DNA from: a virus
Reading direction: 5' to 3' (one strand)
Virus record (IMG/VR): IMGVR_UViG_3300025132_000023
Coordinates: 1-64,000 of that record
Length of the DNA stretch: 64,000 nt
Part shown: in pieces, positions 60,042 through 64,000 of the stretch
How the letters are laid out: every line of letters starts with the position of its first letter
Numbering within the stretch: the stretch's first letter is position 1
The notes under the pieces: model-generated
Databases searched by the model: none
Told to the model about the DNA's origin: nothing
What the model saw: the letters and a program-made list of their open reading frames with translations, nothing else
Position numbers and translations under genes: made by a program

Positions 60042-60950
60042 TTAGTAAGTATGCAAGTTAAACTTGCAAAGGGAGGGAGTTAAACTCAGGTGTAAGGGCC
60101 AAAGGCCTAATCTAAATGTTGCCTGAGTGGACTCCTCAGTTTGCAAGTTTAACGCCAGCATCTACATAACCAGATTTGAAAATCTGGTACTGGGTTATCT
60201 TGCATCGGCTAAAGGTAGACTATGAGCAGCACGAACACTAAGGCTCGTATTCTTAGGAACACGCCTTGCTGCTACTATTCTACCTTTAGACGCTGACTAA
60301 GTAACCTTAATACCATATGGTAGTAGAAAGGTCTTTTTAGTATATTGGTGCTATAAGAATAATATATATGTGAGTTCAAACTCAAGCCTAAGCGTTCATA
60401 TAAATTATTGTAGTTGCGTGCAACTGCCCTCTTATAGTGCGAATCTAATAAAAAGCATATAGAAGTCATCTTTTTACGCAGTAAAACGGGGCTTATTTTT
60501 GTAGGCTTTCAAGACCCCAATTTTCTCTGGTATGGTTATCTTGCTCCGAAGTGTATTCTGTTACTTGCAGCAACCACACTCAGGCTCGTAATCTTAGGAC
60601 TACGACTTGCTGCAATTAACAGCATACACTCCGTTGACTAAGTAACCTAATACCATATGGTTTGATAAAGTGGTTTGCGTTTAGACGCTAGTTTACAGAC
60701 GCAAAATCTACGGTCTGGTTTAGTAACAAGAGGTCACCAAAGTGACAATCTAAATGTCTCGCCAGTTAATCAACCAGAGCGTAGAGTTTGGGGCTTAAAG
60801 TAGCGTCTAAACGCATAACCCATATCATTCCCGATAAATAGGGTATGTATTCCACATAGCGAAAGCCGAAGGAGATAAACCTATGAACACTTAGGTTCTT
60901 GTTATGACAAGCCCTATGTTCACCTCCTTCAACCTCGCAGTTCCATCATT
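60042..60950. repeat. Three double-hairpin non-coding units (U4-U6)
   Basis: e.g. GTTAAACTTGCAAA/TTTGCAAGTTTAAC, TGCGTTTAGACGCTA/TAGCGTCTAAACGCA, GGTTATCTTGC...TGACTAAGTAACC (twice), with the same loop motif. Confidence 0.85.
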
Positions 60951-61277
60951 ACCATATGGTAGTATAATTAGAATTAGATGGGTTAATCGTATCTGTTAAA
61001 GTGTAGGATTCGGAACCCGTCCCTTGTGAATCGAATTAGCGGTCACCCGTGACCCCTGACCATTTTTCTTATTTCTCGTTTTTCCAAAACGCGATAATAA
61101 CCTTAACATCCTCGCAGAAAACGGCTTGTTTTTCCTTCTCGGCCTTTCAGACCCCTGAAAAACGCTATCATTACCATATGGTTCTGCTTTGCACGGAACC
61201 TCTTATATATCCGATGACTGTCCCAAGAATGCCCCCGAAACTTGGGCGCGAAAGAAAATACACATAGGTGATAAAAG

Positions 61278-61787
61278 ATGGAAGATATTGAGTGGGATTC
61301 AGTAAAGATAAAAGTAAGCACTATGCTTGAAGGTAACGCGGAAGTTGGAGACATTCCAGAAGACGTTGTTACTCTAGCACAGATGCTAATAACGACTGGT
61401 GACAATAACGCTTCAACGCGTGATTCGTTGACCAACAGCATTAAGGATATGCTAAAGCCCTACGCGGGTTATCCTTGGAAGAGAGGCAATCAGGGCATTC
61501 TACCTGCCGCAGCACGCGCAGTAGTGGATTCAGCAACTGATAACATCCGAGAGGCAGCAAGAGAGTTCTTTAACTCTACTTCGCAGTATTCTCAGCCCCT
61601 TCTACGAAAGCACGGAAAGAGCAAGGGTTCCCCTGTTTACTCCGATGCTGACGAGTATGCAAACGAACTTGCTTCAAAGGCTCGTAAGGCTGCAACACAA
61701 CTCTTCAAGGATGGAGAGTGGGATGGTTCGCTATCCGGTCTTGCTGCTTGTGCGGCTTATGACGACATAACCACGGAGGATGAGTAA
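61278..61787 (+). CDS. HGKS-motif protein, paralog B (cassette 4)
   Basis: 169 aa; AGGTGAT RBS; TTATATAT box near 61203. Confidence 0.8.
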   Translation: MEDIEWDSVKIKVSTMLEGNAEVGDIPEDVVTLAQMLITTGDNNASTRDSLTNSIKDMLKPYAGYPWKRGNQGILPAAARAVVDSATDNIREAAREFFNSTSQYSQPLLRKHGKSKGSPVYSDADEYANELASKARKAATQLFKDGEWDGSLSGLAACAAYDDITTEDE

Positions 61788-62124
61788 TTCTTCCTTCGTT
61801 AACCTAAGTTTCGGGGTGCAACTACCGGAGGGGGGAATAGGGCTTAAAGGCCTTATTTCCCTCTCCACTTCTTTCAGGTTTTTGCTGGAAGCAAAGCCCA
61901 GATAAAACCATATGGTAGTGTTTGGCTTCTTAACGGAGGGGGGCCGCGAGGGGTTCCGCACCGTTTATATGTTCTCACGAAAGGGTATGATTGCTTTCGG
62001 CATTAGCGTTCTATTAACGCAGAAAGAACCTAATCTGATAATTCCAGTATATGAAAGGACTCAGATTTATGGTGTAAAAAGTTACTGCCGTTAAAGAGTG
62101 GGGAAATTAATAGTGGACAATGAG

Positions 62125-62400
62125 GCTTATATGTATAATATATCCATTATGTATATACATATCCATATGCCATATCCTATATGATATGATAAGGGAGTCA
62201 ATTTCTACAACTCATCCCCCCAAAAGTAGGCATGATATGTCATGTTTCTATTATTCTAGTGGGGGTAGAATAATGAAGTGGACATGATGTGTTAGGATAT
62301 AAGTAATAAGTTAATATATTATATATTATTATATTATTATTATTATTATTATACTCTCTTACTACTCCTCCTCCTCCTCCTCCTTTCGGGGTAGGGGGGT
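62125..62400. repeat. AT-rich / simple-repeat tract
   Basis: CATAT-type repeats at about 62128-62190, (ATT)n at about 62315-62352, (CCT)n followed by a G-run at about 62364-62400. Confidence 0.7.
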
Positions 62401-62475
62401 GGAAAAACGATAAAAATAGAAAGATGCTAGAAGTGGGCATATAGTATTATCTTTACGGGAATTTGTGATGATATT

Positions 62476-63147
62476 ATGTTTCTATCGAAGGTGGAAAGAT
62501 GGGAGAAAGATGACGAGAGCAAAGTTTTAACAGGTGACAAAATGAGAACAAGTTGGACAAAAGCAGACATTAAGAAGTTGGTTCGGTTATGGAATAAAGG
62601 AACCAAGATAAAGGATATTCATAAAGAGTTTCCTAATAGAACCACAGGTTCAGTAACTAATAAGATTTATTCGTTACAACGAAGTGGTGAATTGGAGAGC
62701 CGTCATAAAGATGGCAAGAATCCACCAAAGAAAACAAAGGCTACTATTGGAGGAAGACCTTTGGATGACAAACATTACCCGTGGGAAGAAAAGGTTCCTT
62801 ATGGGAAATACCCTAAAGGATGGAAGAATCCTTGGGGTAAAACCACAGAGAATTTACAGAAGATGGCACAGGATTCAAAAAAGTGGGGCGAATCTGGGAC
62901 AGCAATCGTATCCATGATTGAAGAAATCAAGGAATTTTTGCTAACCAAGAATACGCAGTATGGAGATAGTGCGCTAAATCCAATACGAATTTTCTCAAAG
63001 GCGGATAAATCAGAACAACTTAAAGTCAGAATAGACGATAAGTTAAATAGACTCATGCAAGGTAACGCATCACTAGAGTCTGATGAAGACGTTATTAAGG
63101 ATTTAATAGGATATTTAATTCTATTACTAATCCATTTACGAGAATAA
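62476..63147 (+). CDS. Myb/GcrA-like HTH fused to an Nmad1/DUF1599-like helical nucleotide-pyrophosphatase domain
   Basis: WTKADIKKLVRLW...NRTTGSVTNKIYSL; KNTQYGDS...RIDDKLNRL...DLIGYLIL. The real start may be MRTSW at 62542. Confidence 0.65.
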   Translation: MFLSKVERWEKDDESKVLTGDKMRTSWTKADIKKLVRLWNKGTKIKDIHKEFPNRTTGSVTNKIYSLQRSGELESRHKDGKNPPKKTKATIGGRPLDDKHYPWEEKVPYGKYPKGWKNPWGKTTENLQKMAQDSKKWGESGTAIVSMIEEIKEFLLTKNTQYGDSALNPIRIFSKADKSEQLKVRIDDKLNRLMQGNASLESDEDVIKDLIGYLILLLIHLRE

Positions 63148-63720
63148 AACTACCTCTGAACCAATAGGTCAGAAGATATTTAGTAGGTTTGCAAAGTAAT
63201 AACCATGAAGTTTTTACCTCCATAAAAGCATAGTATAGTTCGTTTACTAATGGTTTCCCTACACAACAAATTCCAAGGCATGAGAATATTAAGAATGGTA
63301 TATGCCCCGTTGATTGAAACAGTATTCTAAGAGAGAGTATTTTGAACTTGAAGATTTACTGGACTGAAGCAAGCCACTTAATAAAACCTGCCGAGACTAG
63401 GGGCAAAACAGTTTCAAGACTGTAAGCGGATTATACCGCACAAACAAATAAATAAAGGAACTCAATTCTCGCGAGTTGTTTTAGTGGTTTTACTACAAGT
63501 AATAAAAGAAGAACAAAAGTCCATGCTGGGACGTTTCATTGATTCGGTGTAGTTGTTCGTTACTTCTTTTTTCCACGACCCTTTTTAGATTCCTTTTCGG
63601 AATAAGGTTTGATAAATAAAAAGAACAAACTCTGCTAGATAACATCATGGTTATTGCGATTAACCTGTTCTTCCTTACTCCGTTAGTTTCAAACTCTAGG
63701 AGTATTTAAACTCCGTAAAA

Positions 63721-63807
63721 TGCGGGATTCCCAAGTATGGTCAAAGGGGCCGGACTTAAGATTCGGTGCGTAGTGCTTCGGGGGTTCAAATCCCCCTCCC
63801 GCAACCA
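63721..63807 (+). tRNA. tRNA-Leu(TAA) with encoded CCA
   Basis: Acceptor TGCGGGA/TCCCGCA, D-arm with GG, anticodon loop CTTAAGA, long variable arm, T-arm GGGGG-TTCAAAT-CCCCC, ACCA end. Confidence 0.9.
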
Positions 63808-63825
63808 AAATTAAAAGTGATTATT

Positions 63826-64000
63826 ATGAATATATTTATATTAGATAAAGACCCAAAGATGAGTGCAAAGATGATGGTAGATAAACACATAGTTAAGATG
63901 CCATTAGAAAGTATGCAAATGATTTCAACTTGCCTACGATTACGAGGTTTTGATGCCCCGTATCGTAGTGCTTTTATGTATCATCCTTGCACTATATGGG
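63826..64000 (+). CDS. Pyrimidine-dimer DNA glycosylase (DenV-like family), partial
   Basis: MNIFILDKDP..SA....DKHIVKMPLESMQMIST...HPCTIW signature. Confidence 0.8.
   Translation, partial: MNIFILDKDPKMSAKMMVDKHIVKMPLESMQMISTCLRLRGFDAPYRSAFMYHPCTIW

Larger units (their letters stand above)
56527..61916. repeat. Array of 13 ACCATATGGT palindromes delimiting hairpin units and gene cassettes
   Basis: Exact copies at 57015, 57334, 57617, 58876, 59577, 60032, 60312, 60652, 60951, 61173 and 61907; one-mismatch copies at 56527 and 56670. Confidence 0.95.

Noticed and set aside
56680-60950. Integron attC cassettes, IS110 bridge RNA or TIGR array
   Set aside because: No RYYYAAC...GTTRRRY boundaries and no box C/D-like short periodic repeats; no integrase, IS110 recombinase or Nop-domain gene is recognisable in the window. 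These serve only as analogies.
56527-61916. CRISPR or mini-CRISPR array
   Set aside because: The repeat is only 10 bp, the intervals are 140-1260 bp and self-complementary or gene-containing, and no cas genes are present.
63398-63720. tmRNA
   Set aside because: A GGGGC start is present, but I could not find a matching tRNA-like 3' end or tag reading frame.

Overview
The window is a 64-kb piece of a tailed dsDNA virus genome, low in GC and densely coding. An archaeal host is inferred from GGTGA/AGGTGAT ribosome-binding sites, TATA-like promoters and an archaeal-style tRNA-Leu. The overall make-up fits a marine Poseidoniales virus (magrovirus-like), but that assignment is inference and was not searched. 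Bases 1-56.2 kb form one minus-strand morphogenesis region: about 30 small accessory ORFs, terminase, a LAGLIDADG protein, portal, an ATP-dependent DNA ligase, prohead protease/scaffold, major capsid protein, a small-GTPase/membrane-protein cluster, head-tail connectors, tail tube, a frameshifted tail chaperone, tape measure, and large tail-tip and fibre proteins. About 25 proteins share an N-terminal M-x-W-x-x-I/L-L-K tag that resembles the scaffold's C-terminal helix, which suggests a capsid-targeting signal. The most unusual part is 56.5-62.1 kb. There, 13 copies of the palindrome ACCATATGGT divide the DNA into modules. Six modules are ~300-bp non-coding units, each with two long hairpins that display a conserved loop motif in inverted orientation. 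Four modules are promoter-plus-cargo cassettes closed by their own terminal inverted repeats; their cargo is two paralogous HGKS-motif proteins, an operon with micro-ORFs, and a ~380-nt structured RNA candidate. From 62.5 kb a plus-strand block begins with an HTH/Nmad1-like gene, tRNA-Leu(TAA) and a pyrimidine-dimer glycosylase-like gene.
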